Shown here: positions 26,585 to 37,328 of the stretch, piece by piece
How the letters are laid out: each line of letters starts with the position of its first letter
How positions within the stretch are numbered: the first letter of the stretch is position 1
Assembly: GCA_036380715.1 (NCBI GenBank)
Contig: DASVEF010000299.1
Location: forward strand, 7,520-71,519
Origin: Thermoanaerobaculia bacterium
GTDB lineage: Bacteria; Acidobacteriota; Thermoanaerobaculia; Multivoradales; UBA5704
Length of the DNA stretch: 64,000 bases
Direction of reading: 5' to 3'
Made by a program: the position numbers and the translations under genes
The notes under the pieces: model-generated
The model's database searches: none
Seen by the model: the letters and a program-made list of their open reading frames with translations, nothing else
What the model was told of the DNA's origin: nothing

Positions 26585-26880
26585 GGGAGGATCGTACAGA
26601 CCGGGAGGATCGTCCGGTCCTGCGGTGCGAACGTCCGTTCCTGCGGGGAGACGGCTCGGGCGAGTAGGGAGGAGCGTCCGTTCCTACGGGGAGACGGGCC
26701 GGGCGAGCGGGGAGACGGGCCGTCCGAGTGGGGAGAGCGTTCCGTTCCTACGGGTGGGAAGCTCGTTCGGGCTCCCCCAAGGCCCTCCCCACTGGAACGG
26801 AGCGTCCGTTCGCGTGGGGAGAGGCCTCTCCCCGCACGAACGGAGCTTCCGGGCGCCCGCCGGCGCTTCGCCCCCGCTCG
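26585..26880. repeat. Degenerate tandem repeat array (units ~22 bp, cgtccgttccTRcggggagacgg; irregular spacing) in a ~700-bp non-coding gap
   Basis: At least four copies of the gtccgttcc-containing unit plus gggagacggg repeats. Includes the local palindrome gaacgga-gcg-tccgttc. Confidence 0.6.
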
Positions 26881-27211
26881 CCCCGGCTTTGCCACTGCCG
26901 AAACGGGCGCCGCCGGCGCGTTCCCGCACCAGCGGCGAGCACGTCCACGATCAGGCCACGTCCGTACGGCCTTCCGTCACGTGCGAATCGAGGATCGCAC
27001 CGCAGCGCTCCAGCGCCACCCCGTCGACAGCCCCCGCAGGTACAGGATCGGCAGCACCGCGGCCACCTTCGGCGACCGGCGCGTGTACGGCGGCAGGATC
27101 GAGCTCGTGAAGCGCTGCCGGCGACCCTCCTCGTCCACCCGCCGGTCATTGAGCTACAGGATTTGACCGTGCCTTCCCCAAATGGTGCCCCCTGGGCATC
27201 GCTTCGAAGCG

Positions 27212-30200
27212 TTAGGCGGACGAGTCACGTTGCCAGTCGGCCATTCGCCCAATGAGCCATATGAACGGCTCGACCTGGCCGTTCAACACGCATGCGCCCT
27301 TGATAATGCTGTCAAGCAGTCCCTGCACATCAGACAAGCACAAGGCGGAGACCGCCCGGTTGTCCGTGGGAAGCAATGAACAGAACGGCGTATCTGTTGT
27401 CTCGCGAGCTCCCAACGTGACGTCTCGCTCCTTGATCATAATCGTGATCGGTTCTCCATTGTCTGGGAGTCCGACCGACACGGCGAGATTCGGAGTCGGG
27501 CCATGGGCCCTGGCCAGCGTTTCCTTCAAGTAGGCGGAAAAGGCTTTGGCCCACTCCTCCACGCCGGATCGTCCTGGGGCCACCTCGAATTCGCTTTCGC
27601 CGGACGCGCGATCTTCCAGAGCCTGTCGCTCCTCCTCAGCTTCGCGCTCCGCGTCGATGAGGGCCTCGAGGGTCCTGTCAACGTCCTCTCGTGTATGAGA
27701 AGCCGAGCAGATGAACCTTAGGCGACCTCGTCCGATCTCCACGACCGGGTACGTTACAGCCGCCGTGAGCACGCCACGCTTATATAAGCCGTGTGCAATC
27801 GCATAGAGCTTGTCTTTATCGGAAAAATGCGGGGTGACAATGGGGCCATCTCCTGTCCCGAGGTCATATCCTGCTTCGGAGAACCGCTTCCGCATGTAGG
27901 TAGTTATATCCCAGAGTCGCTCTCGCAGTGCGTCGTCCGCGCTCAATCGGCGCAAGGCGGCGAGCGCTGCCGCGATATCGGCAGGGCTGGTCGTAGCCTG
28001 GAATATAAAAGCTCTGGCGGACGACTTCAGCAGGTCAATGTGCTCCTCTCGGGCGGCAATCACACCCCCAATGCTCCCGAGCGCCTTACTGAGCGTCGTC
28101 ATGATGAAGTCTACCTGGTCGGTGACACCTTGAGAAGCGCAAAGACCGGCTCCTCGAGGGCCATAGAAGCCAAAGGAATGCGCCTCATCCACGAGCACGA
28201 GCGCATCGTATTTCTTCGCCGTGAGCACGATGTCCGCTACCGGCGCCACCCCCTCTCCCATGCTGTAGACGCTTTCGAGAACTACAAGAGCCGTGCGGTA
28301 AGGCGACGCTTCCGTCTTGAGGACTGATTCCAAGTCCGATGGATTGTTGTGTTGAAACGTTCTTATCGTCGCACCGGACAGCCGGGCGCCGTCAACGAGG
28401 GAAGCGTGACAGAGCTGGTCCATCACGACGACATCGTTGTCGCCAAGAATGCCTGCGACAACTCCGAGATTCGCGGTGAATCCTGTGGGGAACAGGCACG
28501 CGGCAGGCTTTCCCACCAACTCGGCAAAGGCTCTCTCGAACTCCAGGTGGAGATCGGTTACGCCGGATGCCACTGCGGATGTTCCCATTCCGGCCCCGAA
28601 GCGCTCCAGGGCAGATCTGGCTTCCTCAATGACCTCCTGATCACGGTTCAGGCCGAGGTACAGGTTGGTGGTCCATATGATGGCCTCGCGTTCTTCATGG
28701 GTGTACATATCGGCGACAGTGCCTCTGTGCGCGCTTCCTGTACGCAGCAACTTGCTGTGGGGGTCTCGGCCACGACGGCCCACCAGCCGCTTGAGCTCCC
28801 GGACGAGCATACCCTTGTCGGTAGCGGACCAGGAGGGCGCCTTCGCAGCCATGAACGGCGGGTAGCTGGACTGAATCTGGGCCTGAAAGCTAGCGAGTGT
28901 ATCCGAGGCTCCACCGCGCGCCTTCTCCGGCGGCGCATGCTCCGTGGCGCTGCTCATCGACTCGAGGACGTAATCGGCCAGAGCAGCAGGAGTAAAGCGC
29001 TGGATAACAGCCGATGCCGGCAGCCTTCGACCTATGTTCGCGGCAAGCCGATTGCTCAGCTCCACCACGGTCAACGAGTCGAGGCCGAGGTCGTTCAATG
29101 AGTGATCCAGCGGCACTTGCTCGGGATCACGAAGACGAAGGAGAGGCGCGATCTCGCCTCGAATGATCGATAGCAGGGCCGCATGCCGCTCGTCCTTCGA
29201 AAGGCCCGCCAGACGGTGCACCCCGCCCCCGGCGTCGCGGGTGACGTCGGCCCCGGAGTGAGGGGCGAGGCATTGGCGCCGGTCAGGATCGCGACTCGCC
29301 TCCGGTTCCGGGAGCTGCTTGCGGTCGAGCTTGCCGTTGGGCAACCGAGGCAGCTCCTCGAGGTGCATCACGACCTGAGGCAGCATGTACTTCGGCAGCC
29401 GCTCCGCCAGGTACGCTCGCGCCGCCTCACGGGTCACCGCCTCGTCCCGGCTCACCACATACACCACGAGCATCTTCTGGCCGCCGCCCCCGTCCACGAC
29501 CGCCGCCGCTGCGCCGTCCACGCCTTCCATCGACTCCAGCGTCGACTCGATCTCTTCGAGCTCTACCCGGAAGCCTCGGATCTTTACCTGTTGGTCGATC
29601 CGGCCCAGGAACTCGATCTCGCCGTCTTCCCTCCACCGGCATAGATCTCCTGTTTTGTACAGCCGCTCTTCCGGAATCGGCCCGGTCGGATCCACCTCGA
29701 TGAACCGCTCCCTCGTAAGCTCCTCGTCGTGCAGGTATCCGCGCCCAAGCTGGTCTCCCGCCAAGTACATCTCTCCTGGAACCCCGACGGGAACCGGCTG
29801 CATGGAATCGTCCAGGATGTACGACCGAGAGCTCGACACCGGCTTGCCGATCGTGATCGACTCCGCACCTGCAGAAACCTCGGTAGCCGTCGAAAAAACC
29901 GTGTCCTCGGTCGCCCCATAGACGTTGACCACCCGCAGGCCCGGCTGCAGCGCGTGAAGCTGGTCCACCAGCGACCGCTTGAGCACTTCGCCCCCCAAGA
30001 CGAAACACCGGATCCCCTCGGGCAGCCGTCCGGTCGCGAGCAACGCCTGCATCCCCGACGGCACCATGGTGCACGTCCTCACCCGGTCCGCCGACGGCAG
30101 CTCCAGCAGGGCCAGCAGGTTCTCGGCCAGCACCACCGTCCCGCCGAGTGACAACGTACCCAGGATCTCCATGACCGAGGCGTCGAAACAGATAGAGGCA

Positions 30201-30901
30201 GCCGACAGCACACCCGACAGCTCCTCGTCATCCAGCAACTTGCGCATCGACCGGGTCATCGCGACAACGCTTCGATGTTCGACGGCGACCCCCTTCGGTC
30301 GCCCTGTCGAGCCCGACGTGTACATGACATACGCCAGGTCGCTCGCCGACGGCCCAGCCACGCCGTCCGCCGTCCACTCCCCCACCTCATCGAGCCGTAC
30401 GAGCTTTGGCACCCCCTCGCAGAGCTCTGCCATACTCTCGCGGTCCACGATGGCGGCCGCTACACGAGCGTGCTCCAGCATGTAGCGCACCCGCTCCCGC
30501 GGATACGCCGGATCCAGCGGCACGTACGTACACCCCGCTCGCAATACCCCTACGAGAGTCGCCACGAGCTCCCACGTGCGGCTCATGCACACCCCGACCA
30601 ACGACCGCGGCTCCACGCCCCGAGCCACGAGCTCGCCCGCAATCGCGCTCGCCCGTTCCGTCAGTCGCTGGTAGTCGATCGCCGTCTTGCCATCGATGAT
30701 CGCCGTCCGCTCCGGATGCGCCTGCGCCTGCTTCTCGATGAGCCCCCAGACCGTCTCCGTCCGGTCGTACGCCTCCTGCGTCCGAGCCCATTCGACGTGA
30801 ACACGTTGCGCCTGCTCCTCGTCCAGCAAGGAGACTCTCCCTCTAGGCACACTCGGATCCTGGGTAACATGCTCCAGCACACGCTTTGGGGTATTGTTCA
30901 T
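27212..30901 (-). CDS. NRPS-like tridomain: adenylation domain, PCP, PLP-dependent alpha-oxoamine synthase, plus a ~130-aa C-terminal domain of unknown function
   Basis: A domain cores A3 [13 protein letters not shown]7 YKTGD, A8 [21 protein letters not shown]10 PNGKLDR; the FDAS Asp implies an amino-acid substrate. PCP motif LGLDSL. AOS/BioF-like class-II aminotransferase ([21 protein letters not shown]-lysine TLSKALG). Confidence 0.85.
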   Translation of the reverse strand: MNNTPKRVLEHVTQDPSVPRGRVSLLDEEQAQRVHVEWARTQEAYDRTETVWGLIEKQAQAHPERTAIIDGKTAIDYQRLTERASAIAGELVARGVEPRSLVGVCMSRTWELVATLVGVLRAGCTYVPLDPAYPRERVRYMLEHARVAAAIVDRESMAELCEGVPKLVRLDEVGEWTADGVAGPSASDLAYVMYTSGSTGRPKGVAVEHRSVVAMTRSMRKLLDDEELSGVLSAASICFDASVMEILGTLSLGGTVVLAENLLALLELPSADRVRTCTMVPSGMQALLATGRLPEGIRCFVLGGEVLKRSLVDQLHALQPGLRVVNVYGATEDTVFSTATEVSAGAESITIGKPVSSSRSYILDDSMQPVPVGVPGEMYLAGDQLGRGYLHDEELTRERFIEVDPTGPIPEERLYKTGDLCRWREDGEIEFLGRIDQQVKIRGFRVELEEIESTLESMEGVDGAAAAVVDGGGGQKMLVVYVVSRDEAVTREAARAYLAERLPKYMLPQVVMHLEELPRLPNGKLDRKQLPEPEASRDPDRRQCLAPHSGADVTRDAGGGVHRLAGLSKDERHAALLSIIRGEIAPLLRLRDPEQVPLDHSLNDLGLDSLTVVELSNRLAANIGRRLPASAVIQRFTPAALADYVLESMSSATEHAPPEKARGGASDTLASFQAQIQSSYPPFMAAKAPSWSATDKGMLVRELKRLVGRRGRDPHSKLLRTGSAHRGTVADMYTHEEREAIIWTTNLYLGLNRDQEVIEEARSALERFGAGMGTSAVASGVTDLHLEFERAFAELVGKPAACLFPTGFTANLGVVAGILGDNDVVVMDQLCHASLVDGARLSGATIRTFQHNNPSDLESVLKTEASPYRTALVVLESVYSMGEGVAPVADIVLTAKKYDALVLVDEAHSFGFYGPRGAGLCASQGVTDQVDFIMTTLSKALGSIGGVIAAREEHIDLLKSSARAFIFQATTSPADIAAALAALRRLSADDALRERLWDITTYMRKRFSEAGYDLGTGDGPIVTPHFSDKDKLYAIAHGLYKRGVLTAAVTYPVVEIGRGRLRFICSASHTREDVDRTLEALIDAEREAEEERQALEDRASGESEFEVAPGRSGVEEWAKAFSAYLKETLARAHGPTPNLAVSVGLPDNGEPITIMIKERDVTLGARETTDTPFCSLLPTDNRAVSALCLSDVQGLLDSIIKGACVLNGQVEPFIWLIGRMADWQRDSSA

Positions 30902-30989
30902 CGTAGACTGCCTTTCCCGCTAAATAGTCTCGGTCTACCGGCCGCAACCGTGGAGGGCCGGTTCGCCGATCGCCCGCCGGAGGACGGTC

Positions 30990-33122
30990 CTACCGCCCAA
31001 TGTCGCGCCGCTCCGACTCGGTCCGGGCCCGGAGCGCGCTCGCCAGGAAGCGGGCGGCGAGGCTCCGGGAGAGCAGGCCCCGCTCCCGGAGCACCTCCAG
31101 GGCGCCGGCCACGCACGAGCGGTACTTCCGGCTGCCCAGCGACGGGTCCAGAGGGTCGCACGGAATCTCGGGGAAGACGATCCGCTCGCCGGCCCTGATG
31201 TCGTAGAGGCGGTTGACGGTGCCCCCGGGCCACAGGACCTCCACCGTGGCGGTCTTGGCCCGGCCCAGCCCGAAGAGCTGCGCCAGGGCGTCCTGGGAGG
31301 CGAAGCCCGATCCGCCGGCGACGGGGCGCAGCGTGGTCCGTCCCCCCTCGGGGGTCACCCGGATCACGGCGCCGATGCCGTCCCGGTTGACCCGCCCGTC
31401 GGGCAGCAGGCCCACGGTTCCCAGCGTGCGGACCTCGACCCAGCCGTTGTCGTTGCCGTCGTTGATCTCCACGGCCAGCCCCCCGTCCGGGAACTCGAGC
31501 CCGTTCCAGGTGAAGGCGCCACCTGCGGCCGGGGCGAAGACCTCCACGTATCTGGCGGTGGCATCGAAGGGACTGCCGTACTCGACGGGGTAGCGCTTCA
31601 GGGGGATCTCTTCCGGGATATCGAATGCGGAGGCGGTCACCAGATCCGGAAAGCCGTCCCGGTTCAGATCGCCGGTGGCGCCGCCATGGACGTTGCGCCG
31701 GGCGTGGTCCACGGCGAGGGCGTCCAGGTCGGCCTCGAAGCGGGCGGAGCAGCCCGGGTTGAGGAGGACGGCCCCGGGGTTGTCGGCGTTGATGGTGTGG
31801 AGGGAGCCGTCCAGGCTGCCGAAGAACACCACGTCCGGGTCGCCGTCGTTGTCCAGGTCCGGCGCCATCACAGCCCAGCCGAAGGGGGTGGCCCGGAGCG
31901 CCCCGGGCCCGGCGTCCACGAAGCCCCCTTCGGACGTTCCGAGGAAGGCCCGGGAAGAAAGCTGCCCCCGGGTGAAGGGTATGCCCACGACCGAGAAGAC
32001 GTAGTCGCCCATGTTCGTGGCGAAGAAGTCCATGTGGCCGTCGCAGTCGAAGTCGGCGAACGCGAGGCCCATCCAGGACGTGCCGGGCAGGTCCGTGCCC
32101 ACCCGATGGGTCACGGAGGTGAACCGGCCGGCGCCGTCGTTGTTCAGGACCTGGATTAGCCCGCGGCTCACTTCCGTCGGGGGGAGGCCCCCCTGGTCGT
32201 CGGCCTGGAGCAGGTCCACGTCCCCATCCTGGTCGTAGTCCACCAGGGCCAGGGCCCAGGTGATGGTGGCGGCGCCGTCCCGCGGCGGTCGGAAGCCGGT
32301 GAGGTTCCGGATGCCGGAGCTGACGCTCGCGTCCCGGAAGCGCAGGCGGCCTTCGTTCAGGAAGAGCTGGTTCGGGTGGCTGTGCTCCCAGGGCTCCACC
32401 AGGGTGGCGGTCCGGCGGCTCCAGTCGTAGGAGTTGGCCACCGCCAGGTCCAGCAGGCCGTCGCCGTCCACGTCGCCCACGGAGCAGTGGGTATGGCCCA
32501 GGTCGCTCTTGCCCAGGCCGCTCTCGGCGGTGGCGTCCCGGAAGGTGCCGTCGCCCCGGTTCTCGAACAGGCGGTTCGGCTCCGAGCGGCCCAGCACGAC
32601 CAGATCCGGGTCGCCATCGTTGTCCAGATCGCCGAAGCAGACGCCGGTGGAGTCCTGGTCGGTGGCGGCGACGCCCGCCGCCTCCGCCACGTCCTCGAAG
32701 CGCAGGGCTCCGGTCTCCTCGAGGCGGTTGGCGTACAGGCTGTTGGCGGCACCGGGACCGTTGGTCACGTAGAGGTCCAGGTCGCCGTCGCGGTCGAAGT
32801 CGAGCAGCGCCACGCCTGGTGAGCCGCGGGGCTTCTCCGGCGTGGCGACGACCAGCGGCATCGTGTAGAGGGGCTGAGCCTTGATCCGCTCGAAGACGGC
32901 GTTCGTGGCCGACGGCGCGCGCCGGTAGTCGATCCCGGAAGCCTCGTCCGCCGCCAGGTCGTGGAACGTGACGCCGGCCCCGACGTCAGCGGCGGCCGGC
33001 ACGCCCGCGCCTACGAGCACCGCACGCCGAGCGGACGCGGCTCGACCGTGCCCGCCGCAGGCGGCCAGCACGCCCGCGCCCACGAGCGCCGCGAGCAGGA
33101 TCGTGGCGGTGCGGTGGAGCAT
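30990..33122 (-). CDS. CRTAC1-family protein (FG-GAP/VCBS repeats plus ASPIC/UnbV C-terminal domain), lipoprotein-like signal
   Basis: Repeated DxDxDGxxD calcium-binding beta-propeller motifs (LDFDRDGDLDLYV, FGDLDNDGDPDLVV, GDVDGDGLLDLAV) and a C-terminal ASPIC-like region. Signal peptide LLAALVGAGVLAAC. Confidence 0.75.
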   Translation of the reverse strand: MLHRTATILLAALVGAGVLAACGGHGRAASARRAVLVGAGVPAAADVGAGVTFHDLAADEASGIDYRRAPSATNAVFERIKAQPLYTMPLVVATPEKPRGSPGVALLDFDRDGDLDLYVTNGPGAANSLYANRLEETGALRFEDVAEAAGVAATDQDSTGVCFGDLDNDGDPDLVVLGRSEPNRLFENRGDGTFRDATAESGLGKSDLGHTHCSVGDVDGDGLLDLAVANSYDWSRRTATLVEPWEHSHPNQLFLNEGRLRFRDASVSSGIRNLTGFRPPRDGAATITWALALVDYDQDGDVDLLQADDQGGLPPTEVSRGLIQVLNNDGAGRFTSVTHRVGTDLPGTSWMGLAFADFDCDGHMDFFATNMGDYVFSVVGIPFTRGQLSSRAFLGTSEGGFVDAGPGALRATPFGWAVMAPDLDNDGDPDVVFFGSLDGSLHTINADNPGAVLLNPGCSARFEADLDALAVDHARRNVHGGATGDLNRDGFPDLVTASAFDIPEEIPLKRYPVEYGSPFDATARYVEVFAPAAGGAFTWNGLEFPDGGLAVEINDGNDNGWVEVRTLGTVGLLPDGRVNRDGIGAVIRVTPEGGRTTLRPVAGGSGFASQDALAQLFGLGRAKTATVEVLWPGGTVNRLYDIRAGERIVFPEIPCDPLDPSLGSRKYRSCVAGALEVLRERGLLSRSLAARFLASALRARTESERRDIGR

Positions 33123-33269
33123 CGATCACCTTCTCTCTGATTGGTCCGACGGACAGAGAATCGCCACCTCGCTATACATTATGAGGTGCGCGCGAATGAC
33201 GGAGCGGGACAGGAGGTGGCGGCCGACACGCGCGGGACGGCGAACGGCCAGACCCTCAGCAGGATCGAG

Positions 33270-36200
33270 TCAGCGTAGCTCCCGCGTCAACCACTTCACC
33301 ACGTACTCGCGCAGCTCCGGCATCTCGGGGAACGGCTCGCCATAGCTCTTCATGGCGCGGAACGGCAGCGGCTCCATCCGCAGCGCTTCATAGGTATTGC
33401 GGTCGGCGTCCTTGTCCCAGCCCTGGCTCTGCAGGAAGACGGTGCGGGTCCATCCGTCGCGGACGGGAGGCAGGCCGGAGGCCTCGAATTCGAGGGCGAT
33501 CTCGTCGCCGGGAGCGAGGATGACCGAGCGGTCGTCCGTCTGCGCCAGCAGCTCGCGCACGTCGCCGTAGCGGGTGTAGCGGCCGGGGAACGGCAGCCAC
33601 GGCGACTCGCCCGCCACCTTCTCGTACTCGAAGCCGTGAGGACCGTTGGGCGAGTTGCGGACGAGCCGGGAGAAGCCGCGGTAGCGCAGCTCCGCCTGAC
33701 GAGGCGCCACGCGGGCGCGGACGACGGGGAGGGCGTCGGATGGCTGGCGGGTCCAGGCGATCCTGTCCCAGCCCAGCCACAGGGAGGTGACGATGCGCAG
33801 ACGGCGGGCGCCTGAGGGCAGCGGCGGCGCGTCGACCACCATGGTCTTGGTCTTGCCCGCCGGGAAGCCCATCGAGGGCATCAGGACCTCCCAACCCTTC
33901 TCCGTTTCCACTTCCAGGCGAGGCGGCAGATAGGGAAAGTCGGGACGCTGGGCCGAGGCTAAGTTCAGGCTCGCGTCGGCGGGGAAGATCCAGCCGTCGA
34001 GATGGAGCCGCACCGGGCCGCCGGGCGCCTCGCCGAGATCGAAGGTGAACGTCCACGCTCGCGCCACTCCCTGGTAGGGGCTCGGCTCGTAGCCGGAGGC
34101 GTAGACGTCGTCGCGGGCGCGGACGCGGTCCGTCACCTCGGCCCCTCCACCGTCCCAGGCGGCAGCGACCGGGCGGAGCCCTTGCGAGGCGAGCACGCGC
34201 ACCGGCTGGCGCCGGCCGGGCTCCACCTTGAGGCTGCTCGCCACCTCGACGGCGGCGGGATGGTCCACCACCCAGAGCCGAACGGCGTCGAAGAAGGCGG
34301 CTTCCCACAGCTCCTCGGTGATTCGAAGGCGATAGGCGCCGCCGGCCGGCCGGGCGCCGTCCACCCGCACCAACTCGTCGGGATCCGCGCCGGCCCAGAC
34401 GCCGGGCGCCACCGGCAGGCCGATCGGCGAATTCCACAGCAGGTCGGTGACGAAGTCGAAGCGCTCGCCGGTCCAGGCATAGAGGAACGGGCAGCTTCCC
34501 TTGAGGAGCTGCTCTTCCACCACCCGCTGGTCCACCTGCGGCTGGAGCCGGCTCTGCGGCACGCCGTTCGTCCAGGTCACCCGCAGGATGTCGGCCTGGC
34601 GCAGGCCGCCGAGACCGAAGTGGGTGACGGCGCCGGTGACCTCGCGGAGCTGGTAGGCGCTGCCGGAGCGCACCTCGACGACGGCGCCGAGCCCCTGGAG
34701 GTTGTTCTTGCCGCTGCCCTGGGTCAGCGCCCGCAGCCGCACGGCGAGCCAACGGTTCTTGTTCCCGCCCGCGTTCTCCAGCCGGTGGAGACCGGAGGCT
34801 CCGGCCGCGACGAGATCGAGGTCGCCGTCGGAGTCGAGGTCGGCGGCGATCAATGTGGCGGCTGACACCGGCGCGCCCTCGACCGGCAACGGCTCGAAGA
34901 CGGGCGCGGCGATGGTGCCCCGCTGGCCGAGCACCACCACGCCGTCCGGACCGGCAGCGGCCAGGTCGAGCCGACCGTCGTTGTCGGCGTCGAAGGCGAG
35001 CACGGAAGTGAGCCGCTTGCTGCCGGGCAGTCCCGGGAGCGGCCAGGGGACGAAGCGGCCGCCCACGTTGTGCCAGAGGCTGAGCCCGGAGCCGGCGGCG
35101 GCGAGGTCCGGCAGGCCGTCGTTGTCCAGATCGGCGCTGGCGACGGCCTCGACGGGTGCGGAAGCCGCGAGCCCGCCGGCGGCGGTGCGGTCGGCGAACC
35201 GGCCCTGACGCTGGTTGTCGATCCAGGCGATCCCCTGCGCGTGGGCCATGACCAGGTCGAGATCGCCGTCGCGGTCGAGATCGCTCGCCGCGAGGTCCCG
35301 GATCCCGGCGAACGGGAGCCGCGGCAAAGTCTGCGGTCCGACGGGCTCGAGCGGCCCTTGAAGCGCGTTGCGGAAGAGCTCGATCGCGGGCGTCTCGCCG
35401 CCGCCCACGGCAAGGTCGAGATCTCCCTCGATGTCGAAATCGAGCACGGCGGCGGCCGTTCCTCCCGCCTTGGTCAACCCGGCGCCGGAGGTCGCGTCAT
35501 CGAAGCCCCCGTCCCCCCTCCCCCGCCAGAAGACGACCCGCTTGGGTCCGAAGCCGATCAGGTCGGTCCGGCCGTCGTTGTCGAGGTCCGCGGCCAGGAG
35601 CCCTTCGATTCCCGCCGCCTCCGGCCCCGCCACGGGCTCGCCGCCGCGCCGCACCTCCAACCGCGGCGCCTCACCGCCTTGGACCCAGGCGAGGTCCGCC
35701 TTGTCGTCGCCGTCGAAGTCGGCGGCGGCCAGGGCGCGGTCGGCGGCCGGCTCGGCCGCGAGCGCGGCGGTCTGGAAGCGCACCGGCAATGGATCGCCGA
35801 AGGAGGAAGGAGGCGGCTCGGCCGCGAACCGCTCGACGGGAAGGCCCAGGACGCCGGGCAACAGCTCATTCAGGCTCTGCTGGTAAACGGCGGTGGGCTT
35901 CAGGACGTTTTCCAGGCGGATGGCCGGCACACGGGCCGCCGCCACCTCTCCAGATTCCAGTGCGGCGAGCACCGGCGCCAGGGCAGAGGAAGCCGCCGGA
36001 GACGCCGTGCCGGCCAGCTCGCGAACGCGCAGGAAGGCCCGCGTGGCTTCCGCGCGGTCGCCGGCGGCGACGGCCCGCTGACCGGCTTGGAGCAGGACGA
36101 CCAGGTTCTCCGGCCGCAGCCGCGAGAGAGCCTTCAAGGCGTCCGCGAGGGCCGCTTCGGCCTCCGGACCGGAAAGCTGCGCCGCCTGGCGGTAGAGCGA

Positions 36201-36608
36201 GTATTGGACGTCCACGCGATCCGGCGCCGCCTGCACGGCTCGGCGGTAGGCGGCGAGCGCCTCTTCGGGCTTGCCGCTCCAGTGCAGCACGTCCCCCTGA
36301 ATCGCCAGCAGGTCGGCCCGGTCCGGCGCCTTGGCGAGCGCCTGCGCGATCCAACTCTGGGCCTCCTCGTTCTTCTGCTGCCGCAGGGCGGCGATGGCGA
36401 GGTTGGCGTAGGCGAGAGGATCGGCCGGCGCCAGCTCCTGGAGCTTGCGGAAGGTTTTGGCGGCCTCGGCGGGCCGCTCGTTCTCGAGCTGGGCCAGGCC
36501 GAGGTTGCGCAGCGTCGCGGCCTGGCTGGAGACCGGCGCGGATGCAGGCTGCGGAGCGGGACCCGGCATCAAGAAAGCGAGGGCGAGGAGGAGGAGCAGA
36601 CAGATCAT
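33270..36608 (-). CDS. TPR-repeat plus FG-GAP/VCBS-repeat plus ASPIC/UnbV protein (CRTAC1-like), secreted
   Basis: Start at MICLLLLLALAFL (signal peptide). N-terminal TPR region, then many DxDxDG propeller repeats, then a C-terminal ASPIC-like domain. Confidence 0.75.
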   Translation of the reverse strand: MICLLLLLALAFLMPGPAPQPASAPVSSQAATLRNLGLAQLENERPAEAAKTFRKLQELAPADPLAYANLAIAALRQQKNEEAQSWIAQALAKAPDRADLLAIQGDVLHWSGKPEEALAAYRRAVQAAPDRVDVQYSLYRQAAQLSGPEAEAALADALKALSRLRPENLVVLLQAGQRAVAAGDRAEATRAFLRVRELAGTASPAASSALAPVLAALESGEVAAARVPAIRLENVLKPTAVYQQSLNELLPGVLGLPVERFAAEPPPSSFGDPLPVRFQTAALAAEPAADRALAAADFDGDDKADLAWVQGGEAPRLEVRRGGEPVAGPEAAGIEGLLAADLDNDGRTDLIGFGPKRVVFWRGRGDGGFDDATSGAGLTKAGGTAAAVLDFDIEGDLDLAVGGGETPAIELFRNALQGPLEPVGPQTLPRLPFAGIRDLAASDLDRDGDLDLVMAHAQGIAWIDNQRQGRFADRTAAGGLAASAPVEAVASADLDNDGLPDLAAAGSGLSLWHNVGGRFVPWPLPGLPGSKRLTSVLAFDADNDGRLDLAAAGPDGVVVLGQRGTIAAPVFEPLPVEGAPVSAATLIAADLDSDGDLDLVAAGASGLHRLENAGGNKNRWLAVRLRALTQGSGKNNLQGLGAVVEVRSGSAYQLREVTGAVTHFGLGGLRQADILRVTWTNGVPQSRLQPQVDQRVVEEQLLKGSCPFLYAWTGERFDFVTDLLWNSPIGLPVAPGVWAGADPDELVRVDGARPAGGAYRLRITEELWEAAFFDAVRLWVVDHPAAVEVASSLKVEPGRRQPVRVLASQGLRPVAAAWDGGGAEVTDRVRARDDVYASGYEPSPYQGVARAWTFTFDLGEAPGGPVRLHLDGWIFPADASLNLASAQRPDFPYLPPRLEVETEKGWEVLMPSMGFPAGKTKTMVVDAPPLPSGARRLRIVTSLWLGWDRIAWTRQPSDALPVVRARVAPRQAELRYRGFSRLVRNSPNGPHGFEYEKVAGESPWLPFPGRYTRYGDVRELLAQTDDRSVILAPGDEIALEFEASGLPPVRDGWTRTVFLQSQGWDKDADRNTYEALRMEPLPFRAMKSYGEPFPEMPELREYVVKWLTRELR

Positions 36609-37199
36609 GCGAACCGCATTGTATCGTCCGCGCGGGCCCCTCACCTCCCCGGCCCTCCTCTCCCCGAGGGTCTGTGAATATATCGAGGGTCACTGCTGTC
36701 CAAGAACGGTCTGCCAGGCTGATGAGAAGCCAGTCGCGAGGCGGGTTTCTGTGGTCCAGAGCGGCACTTTGGCGGTCCAGGTCTGGGGGGTCATGAAGGG
36801 AGCTGTCCAAGAGACCCAGCAAGGAGAGGCTGAGCTGTTCAGGAGGTGGCAGCCGGGGCGGAGTATCAAAGGACTTGTTCAACTACTCATTCAGATCGCG
36901 GTAGGTAAACAGGTTCCAGACGCAGGAGCGAGGCTAGGTGGAGGGCCTTGAAGAACAGCTCGATCGGGGCCTAGCAGGTGTCAGCCTCCGCCTCGTCGAG
37001 CGGCTCAAGGAGCGCTTCGACCCACTCCGCGCGCCACTCCTGCGGGTCGTCTTCAACCTCGACCGCCGGGTCGACCTGCCGGCGATGGAGGGGCTCTCGG
37101 TCCGGCTCCGGCCGACGCCGATCACCCACACGCAGCTCGACTTGAGCGTCAACGTCCTCGAAGAGGGAGGCCGCCTCGGGCGGAGACGGCGGGCCGCCC

Positions 37200-37328
37200 G
37201 GCTACGCCCCGGAGCCGGTGGCGGTCGGCGAGGGGGGAGTGATTGCAAATAAATAAAATGGTATACCCAAAGGAAAAAGGGGTCGTCACCGGCTCTCGCT
37301 TCCTGGACAAGAGGATAAACTCCGCACC
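37200..37328 (+). promoter_or_regulatory. AT-rich putative promoter/leader upstream of pabA
   Basis: gattgcaaataaataaaatggtatacccaaaggaaaaagggg is strongly AT-rich against the ~70% GC background. Confidence 0.35.

Noticed and set aside
26585-26880. Possible CRISPR array
   Set aside because: Units are only ~22 bp, irregularly spaced, with no unique spacers of uniform length and no cas genes nearby.
36700-36740. Hammerhead-ribozyme-like CUGAUGAG box (ggctgatgagaagccag)
   Set aside because: No matching CGAAA/stem III partner or conserved stem II closure nearby.
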